Assembly (NCBI GenBank): GCA_963717525.1 | Contig: OY970343.1 | Span: 544,001 to 608,000, forward strand | Reading direction: 5' to 3' | Length of the DNA stretch: 64,000 bases | Origin: an uncultured Methanoregulaceae archaeon | GTDB lineage: Archaea; Halobacteriota; Methanomicrobia; Methanomicrobiales; Methanospirillaceae | Shown here: piece after piece, positions 41,221-52,676 of the stretch | Layout: the number at the start of each line of letters is the position of its first letter | How positions within the stretch are numbered: position 1 is the first letter of the stretch | The notes under the pieces: model-generated | The model's input: only the letters and a program-made list of their open reading frames with translations | Databases searched by the model: none | What the model was told of the DNA's origin: nothing | Translations under genes and position numbers: made by a program

Positions 41221-43392
41221 ATGGCAGACCATAAGGACGGGCTGATGGACAAGTTCCCCCATGTACCTGAACAGTTATCCGGGCTTGTGGATCTGGCATA
41301 CAATCTCTGGTGGAGCTGGCACCCGGAAGCACGGGTACTCTTTAAGCAGATCAACCAGCAGGCATGGAAAAAAAGCATCCATAATCCGGTGAAGATGCTC
41401 CAGGAGATTCCTGCCGAATTCATGGACGCAGTTCTTTCAAATACGGAATATCTCCGTCGTTATGATATCATCATGAACCGTTTTTCCCGGTACATGACCC
41501 ACAACAACGGGTGGTTCTCAGAGCAATATCCCAAAGGCAGGTCGCTCACCATTGCCTATTTTTCAGCGGAATACGGCCTCCACCACTCGCTGCCGTTTTA
41601 TGCTGGCGGTCTCGGGTTCCTGGCCGGCGATCACTTAAAGGAGTGCAGCGATCTCGGGGTTCCGCTGGTCGCCGTGGGGTTCATGTACTCCGAAGGGTAC
41701 CTCCACCAGCACATCCGTCCTGATGGCTGGCAGGATAATATTACCGAAATGCTGGATCGCGATGCAGCGCCCATCACGCGGGTCCTGAACACTTCCGGTG
41801 ACCAGATGGTGGTACAGGTCCCCTTTATCGAACCCCCGATCCATGTTGCGGTGTGGAAGGTCGCTGTGGGCAAGATCCCGCTCTACCTGCTCGATACCGA
41901 TATTCCTGCAAATATCCCTGAAAACAGGACCATCTCCCATCGCCTGTACGCAGAGCAGACCGAGCAGCGCTTAAAACAGGAGATAGTACTCGGGATCGGC
42001 GGGCGCAAAGTGCTCAGCGATATGGGTATAGATTTTTCGGCCCTCCACCTCAACGAAGGGCACCCGGTGTTTGCGCAGCTGGAGCGGATCCGGGAACGCG
42101 TTGCAAAAGGCGTGAGCTTTACTGATGCCATGAATCAGGTGAAGGGGACCGCCGTTTTTACCACCCACACACCGGTTCCTGCCGGGAATGATATTTTCCC
42201 CCTCGATCTTATGCGCAAATATTTTTCCGGTTATTACCCGCAGCTGGGTATCGATGAGGAGACCTTTTTTAAGCTCGGGCACCATCCCTGCGATGCGGGC
42301 ACCGGCTTTAACATGACCGCATTCGCCCTCAAGCTCACCCAGTTCCATAACGGGGTGTCAAAGAAACACGGCACGGTTGCCCGCGAGATGTGGCGCTGCC
42401 TGTGGCCGGACCTCCCGGTACAGGATATCCCCATCGATCATATCACAAACGGGGTTCACATTCCGACATGGCTGAACCCCCGGATGGAAATCCTCTATTC
42501 AAAGTACTTCAGCACTATTGATCCCCAGTGGCAGATGAACCGGGATAACCCGGAGATCTGGCAGATGGTTGACGAAATTCCGGATAAGGCTCTCTGGGAG
42601 GAACATATCTGGCTGAAACAAAAGCTCTTCAACAGGATCCGGGAAAAAAAGCGGATCAAATGGGGAAGCCAGTTAAACGAGCCCGGCAACCTCGTGGCAG
42701 AAGGCCTGATGCTCAACCCCTCTGTCCTCACCATCGGGTTTGCCCGCCGTTTTTCTGCCTATAAACGGGCAGACCTGATCTTTCACGACCGGGCCCGTCT
42801 CCGGCGGATCCTGACCAATCCCTGGCGTCCGGTGCAGATCATATTCGCCGGGAAAGCGCATCCTGCCGATAACGAGGGGAAAGAAATCCTGCAACGCATA
42901 TACGAGTTTTCCCAGCAGCCGGAATTTGGTGGCCGGATCGGATTTGTCGAGGATTACGGGGAACAGATGGCCCAGTACCTGGTCCATGGCGTGGATGTCT
43001 GGATGAACAATCCCATCCCTCCCATGGAGGCATGCGGGACGAGCGGTATGAAGGCGTCATTAAACGGTGTACTCAACCTGAGTATTCTTGACGGGTGGTG
43101 GATTGAGGGGTACAATGGGAAGAATGGCTGGGCCTTTGAAGGTGAGGAGTCTCCGGCATCCCGTGATGCATCAGACGCAGCCGCCCTCTATACCCTGCTT
43201 GAAAACGAAGTGGCGCCTCTTTACTACTCTGCCTATCTCGACGGAATACCCCATGGCTGGGTCAAGAAGATGAAAGAGACCATAAAAAGCACCAGTGCGG
43301 CATTTTCCGCCCGGCGTATGGTCAAAGAATATGTCACCAGGTACTACCCCTCTCTCCTGGCATGTGCGGAAAACGAGTGCTCCCTCCACTGA
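41221..43392 (+). CDS. glgP: Alpha-glucan (glycogen) phosphorylase
   Basis: AYNLWWSW, YFSAEYG, GGLGFLAGD and EACGTSGMK (PLP lysine) motifs. Confidence 0.94.
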   Translation: MADHKDGLMDKFPHVPEQLSGLVDLAYNLWWSWHPEARVLFKQINQQAWKKSIHNPVKMLQEIPAEFMDAVLSNTEYLRRYDIIMNRFSRYMTHNNGWFSEQYPKGRSLTIAYFSAEYGLHHSLPFYAGGLGFLAGDHLKECSDLGVPLVAVGFMYSEGYLHQHIRPDGWQDNITEMLDRDAAPITRVLNTSGDQMVVQVPFIEPPIHVAVWKVAVGKIPLYLLDTDIPANIPENRTISHRLYAEQTEQRLKQEIVLGIGGRKVLSDMGIDFSALHLNEGHPVFAQLERIRERVAKGVSFTDAMNQVKGTAVFTTHTPVPAGNDIFPLDLMRKYFSGYYPQLGIDEETFFKLGHHPCDAGTGFNMTAFALKLTQFHNGVSKKHGTVAREMWRCLWPDLPVQDIPIDHITNGVHIPTWLNPRMEILYSKYFSTIDPQWQMNRDNPEIWQMVDEIPDKALWEEHIWLKQKLFNRIREKKRIKWGSQLNEPGNLVAEGLMLNPSVLTIGFARRFSAYKRADLIFHDRARLRRILTNPWRPVQIIFAGKAHPADNEGKEILQRIYEFSQQPEFGGRIGFVEDYGEQMAQYLVHGVDVWMNNPIPPMEACGTSGMKASLNGVLNLSILDGWWIEGYNGKNGWAFEGEESPASRDASDAAALYTLLENEVAPLYYSAYLDGIPHGWVKKMKETIKSTSAAFSARRMVKEYVTRYYPSLLACAENECSLH

Positions 43393-43545
43393 TTTTTTGA
43401 TAAAAGGGACAGGAGATACGGGAATAGTGAGGGAAAACAGCCGGGCCGGTTATTTTTAACCTAGGTGAAATTCCAAGGGGCGGGCATTTATGAAGGATGA
43501 AGAATACCGGTGCAAAGCCGGCGGGAGATAAAAAGAAAAAAACCG

Positions 43546-43778
43546 GCTTTGTAGAAATCCTGAAATGAGATTTGTAAGGATGTTCTTTTTGGGCTGCAGC
43601 CCCCGCCGCTTTGGCAACCCCTGGTTACGATAATACCGTATTACCTGCAACACAAAAATGGAAAGATGGATGTTTCTTGTGCAGGTAAAACAAAGGCATC
43701 GCTTATGCCCCCGCCCCCTTTGGGGACAGGGCTGGCGTAAGGGGGGCTGTATCTCTTAAAAAAAGTTTTCTCCAGAGC
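43546..43778 (+). mobile_element. Family B MITE-like element
   Basis: Colinear with 35092-35312; ends GCTTTGTAGAAA / TTTCTCCAGAGC. Confidence 0.75.
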
Positions 43779-43802
43779 AAAAAAATCTGAAAAACCTTTT
43801 TT

Positions 43803-44000
43803 TCAGCATTCATCCAGCATTTTTTTCATCATTTTCATAGTTTCGATCTTGAACTGGAAATGCTTGATCATTCCCTCTTTCATCATGATCTTTCCGTCGA
43901 TCATGCGCTTCATCATGGTCTTCTTCTGATCATCGTTTAACTTTTCCCACATCTCTGTCATGAGCGTTTCATGCTGCTGCATCATTCCCTGTTCGTGCAT
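43803..44000 (-). CDS. Small methionine-rich protein (65 aa, 15 Met)
   Basis: ATG 44000 preceded by AGGAG; MHEQGMMQQHETLMTEMWEK... Confidence 0.7.
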   Translation of the reverse strand: MHEQGMMQQHETLMTEMWEKLNDDQKKTMMKRMIDGKIMMKEGMIKHFQFKIETMKMMKKMLDEC

Positions 44001-44232
44001 GGTGTTTTCAACTCCTGGTTCCGGCAGGCCGGATCGAACGTGTTTTTCTTGGACAGGAAAATAAAATATTGTCCAGCTTTCAGCGGGTGTGACAAAGTTT
44101 GAAGTTCCTGCACAGGATCCCTTTTTGTGGGAATACAAAAAGACCATGCATGAGTTATCCGGATCCTTCTTTGTACCAGACTCCCCGGGGAAATATAAAA
44201 TGGACATACTACCGGGTCATTTCAAAATTTGT

Positions 44233-44283
44233 AATATGACAAAACGTTTTTTAAGTCCTTAAAAAGGTTTTTATTGTCATATT
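44233..44283. promoter_or_regulatory. 51-bp nested palindrome between divergent genes; candidate operator
   Basis: AATATGACAA...TTGTCATATT outer arms; TTTTTAAG-TC-CTTAAAAA inner arms. Confidence 0.6.
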
Positions 44284-44363
44284 TATCGATCTATGTACCG
44301 GCGGCTGTGCGTCGCTTTTGATATGCGCATCTTTCACGGTACTACCGGTGGTGATACTGGCAG

Positions 44364-47300
44364 ATGAGAAAAGGGAGCAGTAAAAAAACAAAAACGGATC
44401 TGCCGGAATCACACGAGTCCCCTGCCCCTGGCGATGATAAGGGTGCCGGTCGTGCGAAATCCAGGCGCACTCCTCCCGGGAAGGAGCAGGCGCTGGAAGC
44501 GCTTCAGGAGAGCGAATCAGTCCTGCGCAGTTTCTTTGATTCATCGGGTGCAATGCGGGGCATCGTCGAAGTGATCGCAGAGGATGATGTACGCCATATC
44601 ACCGATAATGCAGTGACTGCTTCTTTTCTCGGCCTGACACCTGAGGCCATGAAAAACAAACGTGGCTCTGAACTGGGCGAACCGCCTGATATCCTGCGGA
44701 AGTGGATTGGCCACTATACCGACAGCCGGAAAAGCGGGAAACCGGAGACATTCGAGTACTTTGACAAGCGGGGGAGACCGGGGGCCTGGCTTCTTGCCAC
44801 CGTCAGTTACCTGGGGACACCTCCCCACGGGTACCCCCGGTTCGCCTATGTGGTCCTCGATATAACCGAAAGCAAGCGGGCCAAATCTGCCCTCATGGAG
44901 AGCGAAGAGCGGATGCGCTTCGCGCTGGAGATCAGCCACACCGGGGCATGGGATCTCGACCTGACAGACCATACCGCCCACCGTTCGCAGGAGCATGACA
45001 AAATCTTTGGTTATTCCGGGATTCTCCCCACGTGGACGTACGAAATATTCCTCGATCATGTGCTTCCGGAGGATCGCGCTCTCGTAGATTCGAAGTTCCG
45101 CCACGCCGTGAATACAGGGGGCGACTGGAACTTTGAATGCCGGATCCGGCACACTGATGGTGAAATCCGCTGGATCTGGGCGGCCGGCCGGCACCGCACC
45201 GGTGGTTCCGGCACGCTGGGAAGGATGATGGGAATCGTTCAGGATATCACCGAACGAAAAGAGGCCGATGAGGCGCTCCGGGAGAGTGAGGAGCGGTTCC
45301 GGGTCATTGCTGAGACATCCCCCGTGCTGTTATCGGTGAGCAGTGTATCTGACGGTACGATCCTCTTTACCAACCCTGCCTATGATCGTGCATTCGGATT
45401 CCCACCGGGCGAAATTATCGGGATGCCTGCAAAGGAACTGATTTACGATCCCGCCGAACGTGACGCAGTCATCGATATCCTGCATGAGACCGGGGAGATA
45501 CGGGATCGCGAGGTAAGAGTTATAAGAAAAGACGGGACCCCCTTCTGGGTCTCTATATCGCTCGCCCACATCAGATTCAACGGAAACGAGGCGATCCTGG
45601 GAGGTTCAGTTGATGTCACGGATCGCAGGAGTGCGGAAGCGGCGCTGCGCGAGAGTGAGGTACGGTACCGCACTGTAGCAGATTTTACCTATGACTGGGA
45701 GTTCTGGATCGATCCTGATGGCCGGTTCATCTACCTTTCACCATCGGCCGAAAAGATCCTGCGCAGGCCGGTTAGCCAGTATACCTCTGCTGAGGCGCTT
45801 TTCCGGGATGTAACGCACCCTGACGATCTCTGCACCCTGCTTGCACACACGGCTCATGATATGACCGGGCAGGGTCCCTCTGAAATGGAGTTCCGGATCG
45901 TACGCCCGGATGGCGAGGTGCGCTGGATCCAGCATGTATGCCAGCCGATCATTGACGCGGAAGGGAGATTTTTGGGCACGCGGGGTTCGAACAGGGACAC
46001 CACCGAGCGCAAACAGGCAGAGGAAGCTCTGCAGAAAGCCCGCGACGAACTGGAGAGCCGTGTTGAGGAGCGCACCGCTGAGCTCAGGGAGGCGGTACAA
46101 TCTGCCGTTACCGAACGCCACCGGCTCTACGATGTTCTTGAGGCGCTCCCTGTGTATGTCTGCCTGCTCGACAAGGACTACCGCATGCCATTTGCCAACA
46201 GGTACTTCCGGGAAACCTTTAAGGAACCGCAAGGGCGCCGTTGTTATGACTTCCTTTTCAACCGGAAAAAACCCTGTGAGACCTGCGAGACCTACACCGT
46301 CATGAAGACCCGTGCGCCTCATCACTGGTTCTGGACCGGCCCGAACGGCAGGGACTACGATATCTACGACTTCCCCTTCACGGATACCGATGGGTCCTTC
46401 ATGATACTCGAGATGGGTATAGATATTACAGAACAGAAGAAGGCCGAAGGAGCGCTGAAAAAAGCGAATGCATATAACCGGAGCCTGATCGAGGCGAGCG
46501 TCGACCCGCTGGTCACCATCAACCCGGATGGGACTATCAGCGACGTCAACGAAGCAACGATCCGGGTCACCGGTTTTTCCCGGGAGGAACTGATAGGGAC
46601 CGATTTCTCTGACTATTTCACGGAGCCGGAAAAGGCAAAGGGAGGGTACGAGAAAGTATTCCGTGACGGGTCGGTGACCGACTATGCACTGGAGATCCGG
46701 CACAGGAACGGACAGGTGACTCCGGTTCTCTACAACGCGGTCGTGTACCGGGACGCGGCAGGGAATGTCACCGGTGTCTTTGCCGCTGCCCGTGACATCA
46801 CCGGGCAGAAAAAGGCCGAAGAGGCGATCCAGAAAGCAAACGATCTCCTTGAGAAGCGGGTGAAAGAACGGACCTCAGAACTGGTGCAGTCCAATGCAAA
46901 TCTCAAAGAAGAAATTTCCCAGCGCAGGCTGGCGGAATCCCTGGTGAAAAAAACCGTATCCGAACTGAATGCAGCCATTGAATCAACAGTCGACGGGATT
47001 TATGTCATAGACAGGGCCGGGAAGATCATCCGGTATAACCAGAATTTTGCATCCATGTGGAAGATTCCGGACGAATTGTTGCACAGCGGTGAAGACCGTG
47101 CGGTGTCTGGATATCTGAAAACACAGGTAAAAAATCCCGGGTTGTTTAAGGACAGTGATGATGAATATAATCCTCCTAGGGATCGTGAGACCTATGACAT
47201 GCTGGAACTTAAGGATGGCAGGATTTTTGAACGATATTCAAAACCCCAGAAGATGGACGCTCTGATCATCGGCAGGGTCATGAGTTACCGGGATGTCACC

Positions 47301-47957
47301 GAACGCCGGCACGCCGAGGAAAAACTGATCGCTTCCCTCCAGGAAAAAGAGACCCTTATCCGGGAGATCCACCACCGGGTCAAAAACAACCTCCAGATCA
47401 TATCCGGTCTTCTGGATATGACGCGGATGCGGACGTCTGATAGTACAACAAACAGCATCCTGACCGACATGATGCTGAAGATCAAGACCATGGCACAGAT
47501 CCATACGCGGCTGTACGAGAGCAAACAGTTCGATAAGATCAACATGGGTGTCCAGATCCGGGACCAGGTATCAGACCTGTCCAACATATACGGCCGTACA
47601 GGTGCCGAGATCTCCTGCGAGATCGACGCTGGCGATATCTACCTGCCGGTCGACCAGGCCCTCCCCTGCGCTCTCGTGGTAAACGAGATCCTTTCCAATG
47701 CATTCAAACATGCGTTCAGGGGGAAAAAGCACGGGAATCTGAGGATTTCCGCAACACAGGCGGACGACCACATCTGTATCATCGTCCATGATGACGGGGT
47801 CGGGATCCCCGAAGATCTGGATGTCTACCGGACCACCAGCCTGGGATTCAAACTTATCCGCAGTCTCGTAACGCAGCTGAACGGGTCTGTTTCTATCAGC
47901 AGTGCCCATGGCACGGAAGTGACGGTGGAATTCCCTGTCCATACCGGAGGTAAATAA
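44364..47957 (+). CDS. Cytoplasmic multi-PAS sensor histidine kinase (HisKA_2 type)
   Basis: Repeated PAS/PAC units (DITERK); [21 protein letters not shown] and DDGVG motifs. Confidence 0.93.
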   Translation: MRKGSSKKTKTDLPESHESPAPGDDKGAGRAKSRRTPPGKEQALEALQESESVLRSFFDSSGAMRGIVEVIAEDDVRHITDNAVTASFLGLTPEAMKNKRGSELGEPPDILRKWIGHYTDSRKSGKPETFEYFDKRGRPGAWLLATVSYLGTPPHGYPRFAYVVLDITESKRAKSALMESEERMRFALEISHTGAWDLDLTDHTAHRSQEHDKIFGYSGILPTWTYEIFLDHVLPEDRALVDSKFRHAVNTGGDWNFECRIRHTDGEIRWIWAAGRHRTGGSGTLGRMMGIVQDITERKEADEALRESEERFRVIAETSPVLLSVSSVSDGTILFTNPAYDRAFGFPPGEIIGMPAKELIYDPAERDAVIDILHETGEIRDREVRVIRKDGTPFWVSISLAHIRFNGNEAILGGSVDVTDRRSAEAALRESEVRYRTVADFTYDWEFWIDPDGRFIYLSPSAEKILRRPVSQYTSAEALFRDVTHPDDLCTLLAHTAHDMTGQGPSEMEFRIVRPDGEVRWIQHVCQPIIDAEGRFLGTRGSNRDTTERKQAEEALQKARDELESRVEERTAELREAVQSAVTERHRLYDVLEALPVYVCLLDKDYRMPFANRYFRETFKEPQGRRCYDFLFNRKKPCETCETYTVMKTRAPHHWFWTGPNGRDYDIYDFPFTDTDGSFMILEMGIDITEQKKAEGALKKANAYNRSLIEASVDPLVTINPDGTISDVNEATIRVTGFSREELIGTDFSDYFTEPEKAKGGYEKVFRDGSVTDYALEIRHRNGQVTPVLYNAVVYRDAAGNVTGVFAAARDITGQKKAEEAIQKANDLLEKRVKERTSELVQSNANLKEEISQRRLAESLVKKTVSELNAAIESTVDGIYVIDRAGKIIRYNQNFASMWKIPDELLHSGEDRAVSGYLKTQVKNPGLFKDSDDEYNPPRDRETYDMLELKDGRIFERYSKPQKMDALIIGRVMSYRDVTERRHAEEKLIASLQEKETLIREIHHRVKNNLQIISGLLDMTRMRTSDSTTNSILTDMMLKIKTMAQIHTRLYESKQFDKINMGVQIRDQVSDLSNIYGRTGAEISCEIDAGDIYLPVDQALPCALVVNEILSNAFKHAFRGKKHGNLRISATQADDHICIIVHDDGVGIPEDLDVYRTTSLGFKLIRSLVTQLNGSVSISSAHGTEVTVEFPVHTGGK

Positions 47958-47959
47958 CC

Positions 47960-49303
47960 ATGTCAAAGATCCTTGTTGTTGATGATGAAGCGATTATAAC
48001 AATGCAGCTGGAAGAACGCCTGACCGCGATGGGATATACCGTTGCCGGGATGGCGTCATCGGGTGAGGACGCTATCGAGAAGGCACGGCGGCTTATACCG
48101 GACCTGGTGCTCATGGACATTGTCATGCCGGGAAAGATGAACGGTATTGAAGCGGCAAAGACCATTGCCGAACTGGAGATCCCGGTGGTCTTTGTCACGT
48201 CATACGCAGACGATGCAATCATCGAGAAAGCAAAGCAGGTCAGGCCCTACGGGTATATTGTAAAACCCTTCAATGAACTGGAGATCAAGGCTGCGATCGA
48301 GGTCGCCCTGTTCCGGAAGACTGCGGAACAGGAGCTTCGCAAGGCCGCCCACTCAGCTCAGGAGAAGAGCGCCCGCCATCCGGGAAGTGATGCAGAGGAT
48401 GATGGCGGCGCGGAATATATTGACCTGCCGGAGATCAAGACGGTCCTTTTAAAAGATATTTTTACCGATATTGTTCTTTTCCTGTATGCCGATCCTACCT
48501 TAAAAGAGCCGATATTCAGGTTCGCCCTTGAGGCCGGGCTGAAAAAAAGAGGGCGCAATTTCTTTGCCTATCACCGGTCCACCCTGCAGAAATATTTTTT
48601 AAAGGAGATCCAGCACGGGGACCTTTTCATGCGACGGGTAAAGAAGGGCGAGGTGTATCTCCTGCCCGGCATTCTTGAGAAATGTTCAGGATCGTTACCC
48701 CGGGACCCGGCGGCCAGCACGCTTCAGGTCCTCTTTGATTTTTCCGAAACGGACGAGTTTTCCGATATTCTCACCGTAAAAGATCTTATTCTCGCAAAGA
48801 AGAGCCAGGGAGTACCCCTTTCGGGTATCATTGCCGTGAATATGGCCGATATCGATCACAACCAGATAAAACTGCTCTCCGATGGCATTGCAAAGATCAT
48901 CATATCCACCGGTAAAGAAACAACCCTTTCTTTTGCCAACCTCTCCTTCCCTTCCGAATCGGTCGCCGTTGTTCCCCAGGCAACCATCGATGATGTCGTG
49001 AAAAAGTCGCTTGAACCGGTGGTGCTCTCGCTCCTGGAAAAACCCATATCCGGCTATGATATCGTCCACGAAATCCACAACCGTTATAATGTTCTCATTC
49101 CCCAGGCACGGATTTACACGTACCTCTATGATCTTGAACAGAAAGGATACCTCCTGATGAAGACCTCGGGAAAATCAAAACTGTATTCTCCCACAGATTC
49201 CGGAAAAAAGTATATTCATAACCGGTTGAACGAGTTCAAGTTTGTTTTCCGGCATATCATGGGAGAGAGTGCCCCTGCCATCACTCCCCCCGAGAAGAAA
49301 TAA
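47960..49303 (+). CDS. Response regulator: receiver + middle domain + C-terminal PadR-like wHTH
   Basis: VVDDE, LMD and KPF receiver motifs; PISGYDIVHEI...IYTYLYDLEQKGYL...KLYSPTDSGK. Confidence 0.85.
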   Translation: MSKILVVDDEAIITMQLEERLTAMGYTVAGMASSGEDAIEKARRLIPDLVLMDIVMPGKMNGIEAAKTIAELEIPVVFVTSYADDAIIEKAKQVRPYGYIVKPFNELEIKAAIEVALFRKTAEQELRKAAHSAQEKSARHPGSDAEDDGGAEYIDLPEIKTVLLKDIFTDIVLFLYADPTLKEPIFRFALEAGLKKRGRNFFAYHRSTLQKYFLKEIQHGDLFMRRVKKGEVYLLPGILEKCSGSLPRDPAASTLQVLFDFSETDEFSDILTVKDLILAKKSQGVPLSGIIAVNMADIDHNQIKLLSDGIAKIIISTGKETTLSFANLSFPSESVAVVPQATIDDVVKKSLEPVVLSLLEKPISGYDIVHEIHNRYNVLIPQARIYTYLYDLEQKGYLLMKTSGKSKLYSPTDSGKKYIHNRLNEFKFVFRHIMGESAPAITPPEKK

Positions 49304-49402
49304 CATTTTTTAGTAATTGTAAAATATCAGTCTTCAAAAAGATAATGGGAAAATCCAAGACTCAATCAATTGAAGTTATAAGATTTAAAAGCATGAGGAA
49401 TT

Positions 49403-49440
49403 CGCTCTCGGGGGCTAAAGCCCCCGCCGCTCGGGCACCC
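49403..49440 (+). repeat. Truncated family B fragment
   Basis: CGCTCTCGGGGGCTAAAGCCCCCGCCGCT matches 35125-35152. Confidence 0.7.
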
Positions 49441-49998
49441 GAAAACGCTTTTCTTCAGACTAAAAATATACATTTTTCACCACATTGGGGCTGATTGTTG
49501 ACAATCACCTAATATTTTTTGAAAATTATCTGCTTTCCCGCCAGAATGCCCGAAAAGGACCGGTATCTTTCCTGCCATGAGTGAGTGTCCGGCTCGCTTT
49601 TGGGATCAGGAACAGGGATCCTATATGACAAAATATGAAACAATCCCTGAAATATCCGGTAACCTATATGGAGAGGACAAAAGAAAGGAGGGATGTGTGG
49701 GTAGGTGATTTACCCACATCAAGGGCAAATGCCATGCCACAAAAATTCAACCCTCATCAATCTTTGAAAAACACCCTGCGGGGAGGAGACCGGATAAGAG
49801 AAAGGGGTGGGGAAGCCAACCGTATACGCATCAGAAAATTGTCTGATTAAAAACTGTTTGCAGACAAATCGCTTAGTCCAACAATAATATCTGCCGGTTC
49901 CCTGGCAACGGGCAGTGCTGCCGGGGACAAAAAATCCCCACAAACATCCCTCAAACCAGACCGGGTTAAAAAGGCTCCGGCAAAGGACCCTGACAAAA

Positions 49999-50304
49999 AT
50001 GAGAGAACGAGATACTTTTCAGGAAGATAGCGGGTTCGATCCGCCGATCAGCAAGTCTTACACTGGCAGGCATATCTACCTCACTATCGATCTCCAGGGG
50101 GTGGCGGAAGAACAAATCCGGATAGACCTTGAAAAGACTGCTTTTACCTTATCCATATATGAGAATGAAAAGACGTTCCGGAAAGTGATCCGGATCCCGG
50201 AAGGGGTACGGCTATTCAGGAAAAAGTTCTCTGACGGAATACTGGAAATCGTCCTTGAAAAACCGGCGTCCTCCTATTACCGGCGAAGAAACGCCCGTTC
50301 TTAA
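49999..50304 (+). CDS. Minimal Hsp20/alpha-crystallin-like protein
   Basis: IDLQGVAEEQIRIDL...FSDGILEIVLEK. Confidence 0.6.
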   Translation: MRERDTFQEDSGFDPPISKSYTGRHIYLTIDLQGVAEEQIRIDLEKTAFTLSIYENEKTFRKVIRIPEGVRLFRKKFSDGILEIVLEKPASSYYRRRNARS

Positions 50305-50448
50305 TCCCGGTTTTATCGTTATCTCATATTTTGTTTCATAGTTTGCATTTCACAAAAGAGCCTATACCCTCGTATTGATTATTTTCATTCAAAGCGGGGA
50401 ATGTGCCGTAACGGACCATTATCCCTGTTCTTTATAAGGAGAAAGATC

Positions 50449-51066
50449 ATGGACGAAAACAAATTCTATACCTTACCCAAGCTGCCCTATGATTATGCAG
50501 CCCTGAAACCCTTTATTTCTGAAGAACAATTGAAACTGCACCACCAGAAGCATCACCAGGCCTATGTCACCGGTGCAAACGCCATCTATGAGAAACTCGA
50601 CAAGGTGCGCAAAGAGAACACGGACCTGGACATGAAGGCAACACTCAAGGAGTTGTCGTTCCATCTCGGGGGATTCAGGCTCCACAACCTGTTCTGGGAG
50701 AACCTTGCACCTGCGGGAAAAGGCGGAGGCGGGGTACCCAAAGGGGCCCTTGCGGAAGCGATCAACGCGGAGTTCGGGAAATTCGACCGGTTCAAAAAGG
50801 AGTTCACTCAGGCTGCAACCAGTGCCGAGGGCTCGGGGTGGGCTGCACTGTCCTTCTGCAGGAAGACCGGGCGCCTTCTCATCATGCAGATAGAGAAACA
50901 CAACACGAATGTCTTCCCCGGCTATGGTATCCTCATGGTCCTTGACGTCTGGGAGCACGCGTACTATCTCGATTACAAGAATGACCGGGCAAAATTCGTC
51001 GATGCCTTCTGGAACATCGTAAACTGGGATGAGATTGGCAAACGGTTTGACCAGATCCGGAAATGA
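50449..51066 (+). CDS. sod: Fe/Mn superoxide dismutase
   Basis: [21 protein letters not shown] and DVWEHAYY motifs. Confidence 0.96.
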   Translation: MDENKFYTLPKLPYDYAALKPFISEEQLKLHHQKHHQAYVTGANAIYEKLDKVRKENTDLDMKATLKELSFHLGGFRLHNLFWENLAPAGKGGGGVPKGALAEAINAEFGKFDRFKKEFTQAATSAEGSGWAALSFCRKTGRLLIMQIEKHNTNVFPGYGILMVLDVWEHAYYLDYKNDRAKFVDAFWNIVNWDEIGKRFDQIRK

Positions 51067-51152
51067 GAAAAAGACCGGGGGAGACACTCCCCGCTATGCC
51101 GCGTGCTCCTCGCAGCCCGGGGTATCACCGGAGAACACGGGTGGCCTGACGT

Positions 51153-52543
51153 ATGACTGCGGAGTATGATCTGGTGATTATCGGGAGCGGTGCCGCCGGT
51201 GTATCTGCAGCGACAACTGCAGTACATCTCGGTGCCTCCCGTATCGCAGTCGTCGAGCGGGGACCACTCTGGGGTACCTGTGTCAACACCGGGTGCATCC
51301 CGAGCAAGTTCCTCCTCACCCTGGCCGGTTATGCCTACTACCGGGGACATGGCCATCCCGGGGTCCATACGGAGAGCCGGCTCGATCTTGAGGAGGTGCT
51401 CACTGAAAAAAATGCGCTCCAGGAGAGCCTGAGGGAAAAAAAGCGTGATAACCTGTTCTCCCGGCTGGGTGTCGAGCTTATCGAAGGGGAAGCGAAATTT
51501 CTCTCTCCCCATGCACTGCAGGCCGGCACTAGGAAACTCACGTCAAAGCGGTTTATCATCGCAACCGGCTCATCACCTGCGATCCCGCCGGTAGAGGGGA
51601 TCGGATCTGTTCCGTTCATGACGAGCAGTGAGGCACTCAGCCCGGAACGCATCCCCGGCACGCTCATCATCATCGGGGGGAGAGCGCAGGGCCTTGAGTT
51701 CGCCCAGCTCTATGCCCACCTGGGAACCAAAGTCACCGTTCTCCAGAGGAGCCCGAGGATCCTCCTGAGGAGGACCCGGAGATCGCGGACCTGATGGCCG
51801 GTTATCTCGCACAGGAGGGTATTGATATCCTTACCGGGGTCGAAATCAGGCGTGCCAAACGATCGGGCGAGGCTGTTGTGATCGTTGCGGGCATCGGCGG
51901 AGAGCAGCGGACTCTCTCTGCAGATCGCCTCCTCCTTGCAACCGGACGTTCGCCGAACACACGGGAACTCAACGTCAGCGTTGCAGGAGTGAACACGGGA
52001 AAAGACGGTGCAGTCATCGTCGATCCGACCCTGATGACCTCGGCCCCGCACATCTGGGCGGCCGGTGATGTTACCGGGGGACCCATGCTTGAAACGGCAG
52101 CAAAGTATGGCGGGGAGATCGCAGCATCAAATGCCCTCCGGGAACTGAAACGATCGTATAACCGCGCCCTCCTCCCCCACGGGATCTTTACCGCGCCGCA
52201 GGTTGCGAGTGTGGGGATGACTGAAGAGAGCGCCCGCAGGGCCGGCCTCCAACCGGTATCGCACAGCATCAGCATGGATTCCCTGGCAAAATCCTCGATC
52301 GATGGGGATACGCGGGGCATCGTGAAGATTGTTACCGACCGGGGGAGCAGGCGTATCCTGGGGGTCCATATCTGTGCCCCGCTCGCCACCGAGATGATCC
52401 AGGAAGGGGTCATTGCTGTGATGAGGTACCTGACTGCAGACGATCTCGCAGAGATCCCGCACATCTTCCCTACTGCCACCGAAGCGCTTGCCGTGTGTGC
52501 CCGGGGCCTGCGGGAGCATACCCGGGATCGTCAGGAAGGGTGA
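51153..52543 (+). CDS. MerA-like pyridine nucleotide-disulfide oxidoreductase (frameshift near 51768)
   Basis: IIGSGAAG, GTCVNTGCIPSK, ATGRSPN, AAGDV and FPT motifs. Confidence 0.85.
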
Positions 52544-52676
52544 TTCAGGCCCGTAAAACAGGGCGGGGGGACCGGCATATGCCGGGCACCTCTCATCAGG
52601 TGTTCTAAAATCTGGAAACTGCCACAATGGTTATCTAGTATTTTGGGAGAAAGACCCACAACAGTGAAGTGGTTGT

